Notes: generated from the sequence alone by a model not told the origin. A stretch of 64,000 nt of DNA from an uncultured Gemmatimonadales bacterium (GCA_963701965.1 OY969695.1:1728001-1792000), one strand, 5' to 3'; numbered from the stretch's first letter, positions 31,553-42,349 are shown. Program-made: numbers and translations.

Positions 31553-33688
31553 CTACGAGCCGGCGTAGATGCCGGCCAGCCGTCGTTCGATGCGGCCCTG
31601 CAGCACACCAATGATCGCCCGGCGAACGCGCGCGACGAAACGCTCCCATCGGCCCGGGTTCGACACAATGTCGGCGCGATAGAACGAGGGGCACAGGACA
31701 GCCGCGTGCGCGACTTCGCCGCAGAGACCGCAGCCGACACAACTGTCGAGCACCGTGGCCACCGGGTCGGGCCGCAAGGGATCGGGGCTGGGGGCGATGG
31801 TGAGCGACGGACACCCCGACAACCGGATGCACGAGTGGTCGCCCGTACAGGTGTCGCCATCGACCCCGAACTTCTCGCGCACGACCCGCTTGCCCTCGTC
31901 CGCCATCTTCAACATCATCGGCCGCACGCGCCGCTGCTTGTTGAGCGTGCACTCGCTCTGGGCGATGATGACCTTGGGCCCTTTTTCCTTGGTGGTCAGG
32001 GCCTCGGTGAGCACGTCCCGCATCTTGGCGACGTCGTACGTTCGCGTCACCGTGCGTACCCATTTGACGCCGACGCCGCGCACCGCGTCGGCGATGGACA
32101 GCCGCGTGCGGCGGATGGGATTCTCGGCCTGCGACGACAGGATGTCCTGGCCGCCCGTCGCCGCGGTATAGCTGTTGTCGACGACGATGAGGACGCTGTC
32201 GCTCTGATTGAACACGGCGTTCCCCACACCGCTGGTCAGACCGTTATGCCAGAATCCGCCGTCGCCCATGATGCTGATCGTGCGTTTGGCGGTCTCCTTG
32301 GTGTTGAACGCCGCGGCGCCCGCCCAGCCCAGACCGTAGCCCATGGTGGTGGCGCCAATGTTGAATGGCGGCAAGATCGAGAAGAGATGGCAGCCAATGT
32401 CCGCGCTCACGTGGTGCGCGCCGAGGTCGCGCTCGACGAGCTTCATGGCGCTGAAGATCGGACGCTCCGGACATCCCGTGCAGAACGACGGGGGCCGCGG
32501 ATGCACGGGCAGATCTGCCGCGACCGGAAGCGGCTGGCGCGCCTTCGGCGCGACCAGTCCCGGCGCATAGCGCTCCACGAAAGTGCGGAGACCATTCGTC
32601 ACCGTGGCGGCGGTGTATTCGCCGGCCATCGGCAACATGCCCTTCCCGGCGATGTGCGTCGCGATGCCCGCCCGGCGCAGCATCGTATTCAGGTGCTGCT
32701 CGATGAAGTCCGGCTGACCTTCCTCTATGACCAGCACCGCGCGCTTGTTGGCGCAGAAGCGGTGCACCTCGTCATCGATCAGCGGATACGTCACGTTCAG
32801 CACGTAGAGCGGGACCCTGCCGTCGCCAAAGGCATCGGAGAGGCCGAGCAACTCCAGTGACCGGACCGTCGTGTTGTACATCCCGCCTTGCAGGATGATG
32901 CCGATATCCTGACCGGTGTCGCCGAAGACTTCGTTCAGCCTCTGCTCGACGATGAAGCGCTGGGCCGCGGGCCAGCGGTGCTGGATTTTCTCCTGCTCGT
33001 GCAGGAAGCTCGAGGGCGGCAGCACGATGCGACTGGTGTCGCGCACCGGCCGCTCCATGGCGTCCTTGAGCGTAAACGTGGGCCGCACGTTGTCCTTGGC
33101 CATGAACCGGCCGTGGACATGGCAGGCGCGGATCCGGAGCTCGAGCATGACCGGCGTATGGCTCGCTTCGGACAGCGCGAACCCCTGCTCGACGGCGCGC
33201 ACGATCGACGGCAGGTTGGGCCGCGGATCGAGGAGCCACATCTGCGATTTCATGGCGAACGCGTGCGAGCGCTCCTGCATGATGCTGGAGCCATCGCCGT
33301 AGTCCTCGCCGACGATGATCAGCGCGCCGCCGCAGACGCCGCCCGACGCCAGATTGGCCAGCGCGTCGGAGGCCACGTTGGTGCCGACCGTGGACTTGAA
33401 CGTCACGGCGCCGCGGAGCGGATAGTTCACCGACGCGGCCAGCGTGGCCGCGGCCGTGGCCTCGGACGCGCTGTGCTCGAAGTGGACGCCCAGCTCTTCG
33501 AGGATGCTATTGGCATCCGTGAGCACGTCCATCAGATGCGAGATGGGCGCGCCCTGGTAGCCGGCCACGTAGGACACGCCCGACTGCAGCAGCGCCTTGG
33601 TCACGGCGAGGATGCCCTCGCCGTGAAACTCCTCACCGGCGCCCAGATAGAGCTTCCGAACTTCCTTGGTGAAAGTTCGCTCAGCCAT
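31553..33688 (-). CDS. iorA: Indolepyruvate:ferredoxin oxidoreductase alpha-family subunit
   Basis: GYQGAP, FCTGCPER, DIGC, TPP motif GDGGFWHNG...N, ferredoxin Cys motifs CTGDHSC..CP and CVGCGLC. Confidence 0.92.
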   Translation of the reverse strand: MAERTFTKEVRKLYLGAGEEFHGEGILAVTKALLQSGVSYVAGYQGAPISHLMDVLTDANSILEELGVHFEHSASEATAAATLAASVNYPLRGAVTFKSTVGTNVASDALANLASGGVCGGALIIVGEDYGDGSSIMQERSHAFAMKSQMWLLDPRPNLPSIVRAVEQGFALSEASHTPVMLELRIRACHVHGRFMAKDNVRPTFTLKDAMERPVRDTSRIVLPPSSFLHEQEKIQHRWPAAQRFIVEQRLNEVFGDTGQDIGIILQGGMYNTTVRSLELLGLSDAFGDGRVPLYVLNVTYPLIDDEVHRFCANKRAVLVIEEGQPDFIEQHLNTMLRRAGIATHIAGKGMLPMAGEYTAATVTNGLRTFVERYAPGLVAPKARQPLPVAADLPVHPRPPSFCTGCPERPIFSAMKLVERDLGAHHVSADIGCHLFSILPPFNIGATTMGYGLGWAGAAAFNTKETAKRTISIMGDGGFWHNGLTSGVGNAVFNQSDSVLIVVDNSYTAATGGQDILSSQAENPIRRTRLSIADAVRGVGVKWVRTVTRTYDVAKMRDVLTEALTTKEKGPKVIIAQSECTLNKQRRVRPMMLKMADEGKRVVREKFGVDGDTCTGDHSCIRLSGCPSLTIAPSPDPLRPDPVATVLDSCVGCGLCGEVAHAAVLCPSFYRADIVSNPGRWERFVARVRRAIIGVLQGRIERRLAGIYAGS

Positions 33689-33696
33689 GGTTGGTC

Positions 33697-33729
33697 AATC
33701 TGGGTAGTGATACTTTAAATGTCAAGCAT
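33697..33729 (-). promoter_or_regulatory. Internal sigma70-type promoter with overlapping imperfect palindrome (putative MarR operator)
   Basis: Minus strand TTGACA-17nt-CAGATT-8nt-ATG(iorA); ATGCTTGA-CATT-TAAAGTAT overlaps the -35; AT-rich stretch in high-GC DNA. Confidence 0.65.
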
Positions 33730-34507
33730 CTCCGATCAACGCCAGGACGCGGCAGGGACTGCCGGACCCGTTCACGATCTTGAGCGGCGGCGTGATCAGG
33801 ATCGCGCCCTTGGGCGGCAGCTGATCGAGATTGGTGAGGCTCGCCAGTCCGAACTTGTTGTTCCCATGCATGATGCTGTGGCAGGGGAACGGGGGGTCGA
33901 ACGTGAACGCCTGGCCGGCATCGGTCCCCACGCCTTCCGAGCCCCACCCGATCACGTTCCGTTCGCGGGCCAGGAAAGGCACGAGGTCGGGATGCGGACC
34001 GGGCACATGCGCGCCGTCCTCCTTCATATTGAGGAACGCCGACGGGTCGCGGCGCTTGGACCAGTCGGTGCGCATGAGAACCCAGCTCCCGGCTTCGACC
34101 CGGCCATGCGTTTTCTCCCACGTCTCGATATGGCCGGGCGTCAGGAGAAAATCGGAATCGGCCGCGGCCTCGCGCGACACATCGACGACGCACGCGGGCG
34201 CCAGGAACTGCTGCACCGGGATGCTGTCGGTCGCGTTGTGGGGGTAGTCCTTGCCGGTCACCCAATGGATCGGCGCATCGAAGTGCGTCCCGGTATGCTC
34301 GCCGCAGGAGAAGTTGTTCCAGTACCAGGCCGGCCCCCGGCTGTCGTACTTGGAAATTTCCTCCAGGCGGAATGGCCACGAGGGACCGAAGTCGGGCGGC
34401 AACTGAATGACGGCGGTCCGCGCATCCAATGGCTGGCTCAGATCGACCACCCGGACCGCGCCCGTGACGAGCGCCCGCGTGAGCCGACTGAGGAGATCAT
34501 CTGGCAT
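33722..34507 (-). CDS. Cyclase-family metallohydrolase, isatin hydrolase-like
   Basis: GEHTGTHFDAPIHW.TGKD, DFLLT, MRTDW, GTDAGQA, GLASLTNLDQLP..GA, matching the isatin hydrolase subgroup as recalled. Confidence 0.85.
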   Translation of the reverse strand: MPDDLLSRLTRALVTGAVRVVDLSQPLDARTAVIQLPPDFGPSWPFRLEEISKYDSRGPAWYWNNFSCGEHTGTHFDAPIHWVTGKDYPHNATDSIPVQQFLAPACVVDVSREAAADSDFLLTPGHIETWEKTHGRVEAGSWVLMRTDWSKRRDPSAFLNMKEDGAHVPGPHPDLVPFLARERNVIGWGSEGVGTDAGQAFTFDPPFPCHSIMHGNNKFGLASLTNLDQLPPKGAILITPPLKIVNGSGSPCRVLALIGDA

Positions 34508-34522
34508 GGAGCGTCCTCCTCT

Positions 34523-36265
34523 CTATTGAGTTCCGCGCAATCTACTCGCGGCAATGCGGCGCATTGCGTCCTCGTGGCGCCGGGGGTCGGTGAGATCGTA
34601 GGGCGACTCGTCCGGCGCGGCGTCAGATGAATCGAGCAGCATGGTCTCGAAATCGAGATCGCGTTGCACGCGCCGCAGGGCATCGTCGCCGATCGTCCCC
34701 CGGTCGCGCATCGTGATCACCGCTTCGCGCTCGGCGTCGATCATGTCGCAGCGCGCCCACCGGTAGGCATCGCTCCACGCGTGAGCCTCGGCTTCAGCGG
34801 CGCGATCTTCCTCGACGTCGGACCGGCGATTGTGCAACTGCCAGTGCTTCGCGCTCTTCTCGTACTGCGCCCGCAGCGCGGCGACGATCCCCGGGGGCAA
34901 GGCCTCGCGGGCCTCGAGATCGGCGAGCCGCACGAGCCCGGCTTCGGCGGCCGCCAATCGCGCCGAGTCCTCTTCCATGTTGTCCGGCTCCTCGCCCCGC
35001 AACCCCAGCCACCGGATCACGGGCGACAACGTCAACCCCTGCAGGACCAGCGTAGCGAAGATGACGCCGAAGGTGACGACCAGGATGAGATCGCGGGCCG
35101 GAAACGCGGCGCCCGATGCGGTCAGATACGGAAGCGCCAGCGCAATGATGAGCGAGTCGGCGCCGCGCAGGCCGGCCCATCCAATGAACGTGATGTGGCG
35201 GACTCCCCGCATGTAGGGCATCGCGTCGGTATCCTCGCGATGCTTGGAGCGGATGAACCGCCGCAGGAGCCGGGGCAAGTAGGCGCTGGGAAAGACGTAG
35301 AGCATCCGCACGCCGATCACCACCGCGCTCACCACCGCCGTGTACCACGCCAGCTGCTCGAACGAGTGCGTGCGCAATCCGGCGCGCACCACCGGCAGCT
35401 CGAATCCAATGAAGATGAACGTCAGGCTCTCCAGCACGAACACGAGCATCGACCACACCGCTTCCGACTGGATCCGCGTCGCCGCCGGTGTCGTGTTGAG
35501 GGTCGTGCGGCCCAGATAGAGTCCCACGGTGACTACGGCGAGGATGCCCAATGCGCCGAGGCGGTCGGCCGGGATGTAGGCGGCGAACGGCGTCAGGAGC
35601 GCGACGGCGTTCTCGACAATGGGGATCCGTCCGACGTAGCGCACGATCGCCGTGCGCAGGAAGGCGACACCCCGGCCCACGATCAGCCCGACCGCAATGC
35701 CGGTGATGGCGGCATACGAGAAGCGCCAGAAGACGTGTTCGGGGCGGAACGCTCCCGCGACGGCGGCGGCCACGGCGATCCGGTAGGCCACCAGCGCGGT
35801 CGCGTCATTGAGTAGCCCTTCGCCCTCCAGCACGCGGGTGATCGCGGACGATACGCCGAGCGGGCGCATCACCGCGATGGCGGCGACCGGGTCGGGCGCC
35901 GCGACAATGGCGCCCAGCGCGAACGCTGCCGGCCAGGTGAACTCTGGTGTCAGCTCGTGGGCGACGACCGCGACCGCGCCAATGGTCACCAGCACGAGCC
36001 CAACTGCCAGCCGCGCGATGGGTGCCCATTCGATCTGAAAATCCCGGAGGGAGCTCGTGATCGAGTCCCAATAGAGGAGCGGCGGGATGAACAGGACGAA
36101 GAGAACTTCCGGATTCAACTCGAGCTGCGGTACGCCCGGGACCAACGCCAGCAGCAGCCCACCAATGACCAGGAGCACCGGGTGCGGGACGCCGATCCGG
36201 CTCGCGACCGCGCGCAGCAACCCGGCGACCGCCAGCAGGATCAAGATCAGCTGGATCGCCGCCAT
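34523..36265 (-). CDS. CPA1 Na+/H+ antiporter (YjcE/NhaK-like), full length
   Basis: FIPPLLY, PDPVA, EGEGLLNDATAL, GLRGA, QGLTL; cytoplasmic C-terminal tail. Confidence 0.93.
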   Translation of the reverse strand: MAAIQLILILLAVAGLLRAVASRIGVPHPVLLVIGGLLLALVPGVPQLELNPEVLFVLFIPPLLYWDSITSSLRDFQIEWAPIARLAVGLVLVTIGAVAVVAHELTPEFTWPAAFALGAIVAAPDPVAAIAVMRPLGVSSAITRVLEGEGLLNDATALVAYRIAVAAAVAGAFRPEHVFWRFSYAAITGIAVGLIVGRGVAFLRTAIVRYVGRIPIVENAVALLTPFAAYIPADRLGALGILAVVTVGLYLGRTTLNTTPAATRIQSEAVWSMLVFVLESLTFIFIGFELPVVRAGLRTHSFEQLAWYTAVVSAVVIGVRMLYVFPSAYLPRLLRRFIRSKHREDTDAMPYMRGVRHITFIGWAGLRGADSLIIALALPYLTASGAAFPARDLILVVTFGVIFATLVLQGLTLSPVIRWLGLRGEEPDNMEEDSARLAAAEAGLVRLADLEAREALPPGIVAALRAQYEKSAKHWQLHNRRSDVEEDRAAEAEAHAWSDAYRWARCDMIDAEREAVITMRDRGTIGDDALRRVQRDLDFETMLLDSSDAAPDESPYDLTDPRRHEDAMRRIAASRLRGTQ

Positions 36266-36279
36266 GCCGTATCGTAATA

Positions 36280-38944
36280 CTATTCCGCGCGGAGGGCGTC
36301 GACGGGGTTGACGCGCGTCGCCTGGCGCGCCGGAACGTACGTCGCAATGAGCGCGACCAGGGCGAGGAGTGCGGCCACCGCAGCGTAAGTGAGCGGATCC
36401 GCGGGGGTGACTTGGAAGAGCACGGCGCGCATGCCGCGGGCGAGGATGAGCGCCGCCCCGACCCCCACCGCGAGCCCGAGCAGCGTCATCGTCATGCCTT
36501 GCCGCGACACGAGGGCCACGACATCGCGGGGCGCCGCGCCGAGTGCCACCCGCAGTCCGATCTCCGCCCGGCGCTGACTCACGGTATACGCGACGACGCC
36601 GTACAAGCCGAGCGCGCCGAGCAATAAGCCGAAGCCGCCGAAGATCCCTAAGAGCACCGAGAGAAGGCGCGGGCGGGCCACGGCCCGGCTCTGGACATCA
36701 TCGAGGGTCGTGATCTGACCGATCGCCTGATCCTTGTCGACCGACCAGATGGCCTGGCGCACGGCCGCCGCCATGGCGGCCGGCTCGCCACGCGTGTGGA
36801 CGACGAGGGTCACCGTCGAGCGGAAGTCTTGCAGAGCGGCGATGAAGATCGTCGGCACAGGAGGCGCATCGAGGCCTGCCTGGTGGACATCGCCGGCGAT
36901 GCCGACGATCCCAATGGCGCTCCCGCCCTCCCTGAACACCAGGCGCTGGGCCAACGCGGCTTCCGGAGACCGCGACAGATAGCGACGCGCGAACGCCTCG
37001 TTCACCACAATCACGTCCGGCGCGCCCAGCGTGTCTCGGGCCGAGAACTCCCGGCCGATGAGGATCGGGATACCGAGCGTTTGAAAGTAGTTCGCGCTGA
37101 CGTGAAAGACCGACGCCCTCGGCGCCCGGGTCGGCCTCGGAAACGGTTGCCCCGCGACCCCGAACGTCCATGACTCCTCGCCTCCGTCGAGCGGGAGCAC
37201 CTTCGTCGCGCCGGCGGCACGGACGCCGGGGATGGCGCGGACGCGATCGAGCACGGTGGCATAGTACCGCGCCGCGGTCGTGTCATCGTAGCGCCGGCTG
37301 GGGACGGCGAACCGCACCGCCAGGGTATGATCCACCCGGAACCCCGGATCGGTCGCCAGCAGGTGGCGGAAGCTCCGCACCATGAGTCCCGCGGCCGAGA
37401 TGAGCATCATGGCGATGGCGACCTGCGCCGTCACCAACACTTGGCGAAGCCGGTGTCCTTCGACCCCGCCGGTGACCCGCCGGCCGCGCCCGTCGGCGAG
37501 GGCGACGCGCACCGCCGGAATCGCGCCGAACACGAGACCCGACAGGACGGCGACCGCGAATGTGACGACCAGCACGGAGCCGTCGATGCGCGCCGTCGGC
37601 AGGCGCGGCAGTTCGCCGGCGGCCAAATGGACGAGCAGCAGCAGCGTGATGCGCGCCACGGCGAGACCGCCGACGGCGCCGAGGAGCGCCAACAGCAGAC
37701 TCTCGGTCAGCACCTGCCGGGCGACGCGGCGCCGGCGAGCGCCGAGCGCGATGCGCAGCGCGAACTCGCGGGAGCGGGCGTTGGCGCGCGCCAACACGAG
37801 GCCCGCGACGTTCACGCTCACAGTGAGCAGGACGCAGGCGACGGCGACGAGCATCACGAGCAACGCCGGCCGGACATCGCCCACGACGGAGTCGATCAGC
37901 GGCATGACCTGAGCGGCAGTCCAGCCCTCATCGGCGTCGGGATACGCCGCCGCAAGAATGTCGCTGGACGCTGGCGATGTCCGCGCGAGCCTGCGCCGGA
38001 GTCAGTCCGTCCCGGAGCCGCCCCACCACGTTGAGCCAGCGCATCGACCTCAACTTCCACGGGGTGGCGTCCTGAGATTCGTACAGCACCGATAACCAGA
38101 TGTCGGGTCCAACGCCGGTACCGGGGAATCGCATCGACGGCGGCATGACGCCGACGACGATGTGCGGAATGCCTTGCAGCACGATGGCTTTGCCCACGAT
38201 CGACGAGTCGCCGCCGAACCGGCGCTGCCACAAACCATCGCTCAGCACGACGACGCGCTGGCCCCCCTCCTGCATCTCGTCCGGACGCGCCGTGCGGCCG
38301 ACTTCGGCGGCGACGCCGAGGGTTCGGAAGAACGTGGGAGTCACGAACGCCGGGTCGAGGCTCTCGGGCGGTCCGCCCCCCGTGAGATCGACCGACGATT
38401 TGCCGGGGATGAACCAGAAGGCGGCCAGGTCGACGAACGCGTGTTGGCTTTGCCGCCAGTCCTCGAAGTCCGGCGTCGAGATCAGCGCAGCGTCGGTCGT
38501 CTGGCTGGGATCAACCGGCCACAGGCGCACCAACCGGTCCTGGCGGGGGAACGGCAGCGGCTCGAGCAGGACCTGGTAGACGATGCTGCTGATCGCCGCG
38601 GTCGCACCGATGCCGAGCGCGAGCGTCAGCGTCGTGGCGATCGTGAACAGGGGGTTGCGGCGCAACAACCGGACGGCGTAGCGCGCATCCTGTCCGATAC
38701 CGCGCCACCAGGCGGCGCGCCGGACGACCGTGACCTGCGACTGCTCGATGGCGACGATCGCCGCCCGCGTGCGCTCGACGTCGCCAAACCGGCGGGCGGC
38801 CTCGGCGCCCGCCTGCTCCCCGCTCATGCCTTGCGCCATGAGCTCTTCGCGCCGGAGCGCCAGATGGGCCGCGATCTCGGCGTCGACGTCATCGCCGACC
38901 CGCGGCTCCTGCCGCTCGATACGGAACAATCGCCGGCGCGCCAT
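36280..38944 (-). CDS. ADOP/MacB-FtsX duplicated ABC permease, frameshift at ~37958
   Basis: A.RRFGD prefix domain, TLALGIGA, REFALRIALGA, EIGLRVALGA, PARQATRVNPVDALRAE. Confidence 0.9.
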
Positions 38945-38949
38945 CGGCG

Positions 38950-39279
38950 CTACGCGGTTTCCAACACGCGGGACACGGCCGCGACGTAGCGTCGCCAGAG
39001 CGACGTGCGGGCCGAAAGTTGTTTCTTTCCGGCTGGTGTCAGCGCGTAGTACTTCGCGGGCCGATTGCTCTCGGAGCGGCCCCACTCGCTCGAGACCCAC
39101 CCGCGTTTCTGCAACCGGTGAAGCGCGGTATAGAGCGCGCCGTCCTCGACGACCAGCTCGTCCTGCGTGCGCTCGCCGATCCACCGGGCCACGGCGTATC
39201 CGTGGCGCGGCTCCCAGCTCAGGGCTTTGAGGATGAGGACATCGAGCGTGCCCTGCAGCAGGTCGAGATCAGACTCCAC
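38950..39279 (-). CDS. PadR family transcriptional regulator (acidobacterial type)
   Basis: LLQGTLDVLILKAL, HGY, GALYTALHRL, YYALTPAG; directly upstream of an ADOP permease. Confidence 0.93.
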   Translation of the reverse strand: MESDLDLLQGTLDVLILKALSWEPRHGYAVARWIGERTQDELVVEDGALYTALHRLQKRGWVSSEWGRSESNRPAKYYALTPAGKKQLSARTSLWRRYVAAVSRVLETA

Positions 39280-39286
39280 GGCGGCG

Positions 39287-39335
39287 ACCCATCAACATTT
39301 GAGGGTACTCTACGTACGCCCGCAGTCGACGTCAA
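39287..39335 (-). promoter_or_regulatory. padR promoter and putative PadR operator
   Basis: TTGACG-17nt-TAGAGT followed immediately by inverted repeat ACCCTCAA-ATG-TTGATGGGT. Confidence 0.7.
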
Positions 39336-39344
39336 GCGAATTTT

Positions 39345-40322
39345 TTAGCGCCGGTGCAGCACCGACAGGGCGTAGACCGCTGACCGCAGGGGGACAAGCG
39401 GATCGTCGGACAGCTGGATCCCGTCGCTGAGATAGATGGGATTGAACGCCAACTTGCGTTGGAGACCGGCGTTGTCCGGGGCGACCGTCGTGAGGGTCAC
39501 GACACCCAGCTCGGCGAACTTCCGGTCGTCCGGCCACGGGATCGAGCCATCCTTCGTCTGATCGCCGGGGTTGGCGAGCTGCGCGAGAACCCGCAGCTTG
39601 ACCGGCTTCGACTTGAGACGCCGCGGCAGCTCCTCGAACAGATAGTTGGGGGAAATCTTGGCGGCCGCCGCGGAATCGAGATACTTGGTCCCGTCCACCG
39701 GCACGATCTTGTACCGCACCGCTTGCTTGGTGCCCGCGGCGTTCACGAAGATGAACGCGTTGTTCCCGAACCACTGTTCCGTGGCAAAGCTCACGGGGAC
39801 AGGCTTGGGATCCGTGGCGAACTTGAGCGCGCGGGGATGTCCCTGGAGAAACTTCTCGACGGGCGAGGGATGCGGTCCGCCCGGCTTGGTCGCGGCGACG
39901 GATTCCAGAAACGCAGCGAAATCCTCGCCGTTCGACACCACGAACCCATTGTGCGAGTTGGCGACGATATCGGTGTACGCCCCATTGGGGAGCGTGAACC
40001 GGACGGCGATCCCGCGCGGCGCGGAGTTGGGGTTGTTGTCGGGAATGTCGGGGACACCCGTCGCGTCCGAGTACCGCACGATGACCGGCGTGGGCGCCGC
40101 CAAGTGCGGCGCGCGACTCAGCGCCGACGCGCCCGGCGCCGGGGCGAACGTTCCAGTGACAATGATCCCCTTGGCGTGATTGATGCGAAATCCGGGATGG
40201 CTCCCGAACAGCGTCAGGAAATCGTCGGCGATGCGCTGCGGCAAACTCTTGGCCGGCGCCTGGGCGGTCAGCGCGGCCGGTGCGGCTGCCACGATGAGCC
40301 CCATCAACTTGAGAAAACGCAC
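39345..40322 (-). CDS. Secreted catalase-related peroxidase (SrpA-like)
   Basis: HPGFRINHAKG, proximal RSAVYALS; signal peptide. Confidence 0.9.
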   Translation of the reverse strand: MRFLKLMGLIVAAAPAALTAQAPAKSLPQRIADDFLTLFGSHPGFRINHAKGIIVTGTFAPAPGASALSRAPHLAAPTPVIVRYSDATGVPDIPDNNPNSAPRGIAVRFTLPNGAYTDIVANSHNGFVVSNGEDFAAFLESVAATKPGGPHPSPVEKFLQGHPRALKFATDPKPVPVSFATEQWFGNNAFIFVNAAGTKQAVRYKIVPVDGTKYLDSAAAAKISPNYLFEELPRRLKSKPVKLRVLAQLANPGDQTKDGSIPWPDDRKFAELGVVTLTTVAPDNAGLQRKLAFNPIYLSDGIQLSDDPLVPLRSAVYALSVLHRR

Positions 40323-40346
40323 GAGGGTCCCTACCGTTGGCGATTA

Positions 40347-41504
40347 ATGCTGACGATCAATGAGGCCTTCGCCACTACGGTACTGCAAGACCTGGTGCGC
40401 ATCAACTCCGTCAACCCGTCGCTGAGCGCCGCGGGGGTGGGTGAGGCGGCGATCGCGACGTATACCGCGGGGACGCTGGCGGCGCTGGGCATGGAGGTGC
40501 ACCGGCACGAGCCTATGCCGGGGCGCGTGTCGGTTGTCGGGCGTTTGCCGGGCTCGGGCGGCGGGCGGTCCCTCATGCTGAATGCGCACTACGATACCGT
40601 CGCGGTCGACGAGATGCCGGATCCGTTTGGCGCGGTCGTACGCGAGGGCCGTTGCTACGGTCGCGGGGCGTACGATATGAAGGGCAGCCTGGCGGCGTGT
40701 GTCGCCGCCGTGAAGGCAATGCGTGAGGCGGGGGTGCGGCTCAAGGGCGACCTGCTGATCGCCGCCGTCGCCGATGAAGAACATGCGAGTCTCGGCACAA
40801 GCGACCTGATCGGCCGCTATCGCGTCAATGGGGCCATTGTTACCGAGCCGACGAGTCTGCAGGTGTGTCTCGCGCACAAGGGATTCGTCTGGCTTTCGGT
40901 CTCGGTCGAAGGGCGGGCGAGCCATGGCAGCCAGTGGACCCAGGGCATTGACGCGAACGTCCGCCTCGGCCGCGTCCTGGTGGGGCTCGAGGCGTTGGCG
41001 TCGACGCTCACCGCGCGCACGCCGCACCCGCTGGTGGGCCCGCCGTCGTTGCACGCGGCGCTGGTGTCGGGCGGCACCGGAATGAGCACGTACGCGGCGT
41101 CGGCCACCGTCCAGATCGAACGGCGCACGATTCCCGGCGAGACGACGGCGCAGGTGGTGGCCGAGGTCGAGCAGCTCGTTGGCGCGATCGCGGCGGAGGA
41201 TGCGACGTTCCGGGCGTCGGTGCGCGTCGATCTCGCTCGCGACCCGTTCGAGGTCCGGCCCGAGGCGGCGATCGTCCAGGCGATCGGGGGCGCGACCACG
41301 GACGTGCTGGCCGCGCCGCCGCGCTATGTCGGCGAGAACCCCTGGATGGACTCGGCGCTGCTCTCGGCCGCGGGCATCGAGACGGTGGTCATGGGACCGC
41401 ACGGGGCCGGCGCGCATTCCAAGGAAGAGTGGGTCGACCTCAAGTCGGTCGCGCAGTTCGCGGCGATCCTGTCCGGGGCCGCCCGGAGGTACTGCGGCGA
41501 ATGA
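40347..41504 (+). CDS. M20 ArgE/DapE family deacylase
   Basis: NAHYDTV, GRGAYDMKG, DEE, EPT, GAHSKEE. Confidence 0.92.
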   Translation: MLTINEAFATTVLQDLVRINSVNPSLSAAGVGEAAIATYTAGTLAALGMEVHRHEPMPGRVSVVGRLPGSGGGRSLMLNAHYDTVAVDEMPDPFGAVVREGRCYGRGAYDMKGSLAACVAAVKAMREAGVRLKGDLLIAAVADEEHASLGTSDLIGRYRVNGAIVTEPTSLQVCLAHKGFVWLSVSVEGRASHGSQWTQGIDANVRLGRVLVGLEALASTLTARTPHPLVGPPSLHAALVSGGTGMSTYAASATVQIERRTIPGETTAQVVAEVEQLVGAIAAEDATFRASVRVDLARDPFEVRPEAAIVQAIGGATTDVLAAPPRYVGENPWMDSALLSAAGIETVVMGPHGAGAHSKEEWVDLKSVAQFAAILSGAARRYCGE

Positions 41505-42349
41505 GCGATCTGTCAGGGGTACGCGTCGTCAGCGTCGCCGTCTATGTCCCCGTGCCCGTCGCCGCGCGGCGTCTGACCGCGCTCGGCGCTTCGGTCACGG
41601 CGGTCGAGCCGCCCGGCGGCGATGCGTTCGCGGTCTGGTGCCCGCGCTGGTACGCCGAGCTGCGCGCCGGCCAGACCGTGCGGCGCATGGACCTCAAGGA
41701 CGCGACCGAACGCGCGCAGCTCGCCGTGCTGCTCGACGACGCCGACGTGTTGCTGACGAGCGCCCGGCGCGCGGCGCTTGGTCGGCTCGGGTTGGACTGG
41801 CCGACGCTGCACACGCGGCATCCCCGCCTCTGCCACGTCGCGTTGGTCGGCTGGGAATCGCCGGCCGACGACCATCCGGCACACGATCTCAATTTCCAGG
41901 CGACGCTGGGCCTCATCACGCCGCCGGCGCTCCCGATCACGCTGTTCGCCGATCTAGCGGGCGCGGAGCGAGTCGTGACGGCGGCGCTGTCGCTGCTGTT
42001 GGCGCGAGAGCGGGGGCGGGGCGCGGGCATGGCCGATGTGTCGCTCGAGGGCGCGGCGGCGCCGTTCGCGGATCCCATCCGGCACGGGCTTACGTCACCT
42101 GGCGCACTGTTGGGCGGCGCGCTGCCCGGATACGGCGTCTATCGAGCGCGCGAGGGATGGGTCGCGGTCGCGGCGCTGGAGCCGCATTTCTGGTCGGCGC
42201 TCGTGGCGGGATTGGCGCTCGATCCCAGCGCCGACCATGCGGCGCTCCAGGAGGCGTTCGCCCTGGACACCGCGGCGCACTGGGAAGCGTGGGCGCGCGA
42301 GCGGGGTTTGCCGCTAGTCGCCATCGCGCGGGACATCGTTCCGCATTAG
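41501..42349 (+). CDS. Family III CoA-transferase (CaiB/BaiF, short form)
   Basis: VEPPGGD, MDLK, AHDLNFQA, ALEPHFW. Confidence 0.88.
   Translation: MSDLSGVRVVSVAVYVPVPVAARRLTALGASVTAVEPPGGDAFAVWCPRWYAELRAGQTVRRMDLKDATERAQLAVLLDDADVLLTSARRAALGRLGLDWPTLHTRHPRLCHVALVGWESPADDHPAHDLNFQATLGLITPPALPITLFADLAGAERVVTAALSLLLARERGRGAGMADVSLEGAAAPFADPIRHGLTSPGALLGGALPGYGVYRAREGWVAVAALEPHFWSALVAGLALDPSADHAALQEAFALDTAAHWEAWARERGLPLVAIARDIVPH

Noticed and set aside
1009..36265. Inverted antiporter paralogs as ends of a mobile or invertible segment
   Set aside because: Similarity is mainly at protein level with clearly diverged DNA; no recombinase or terminal repeats
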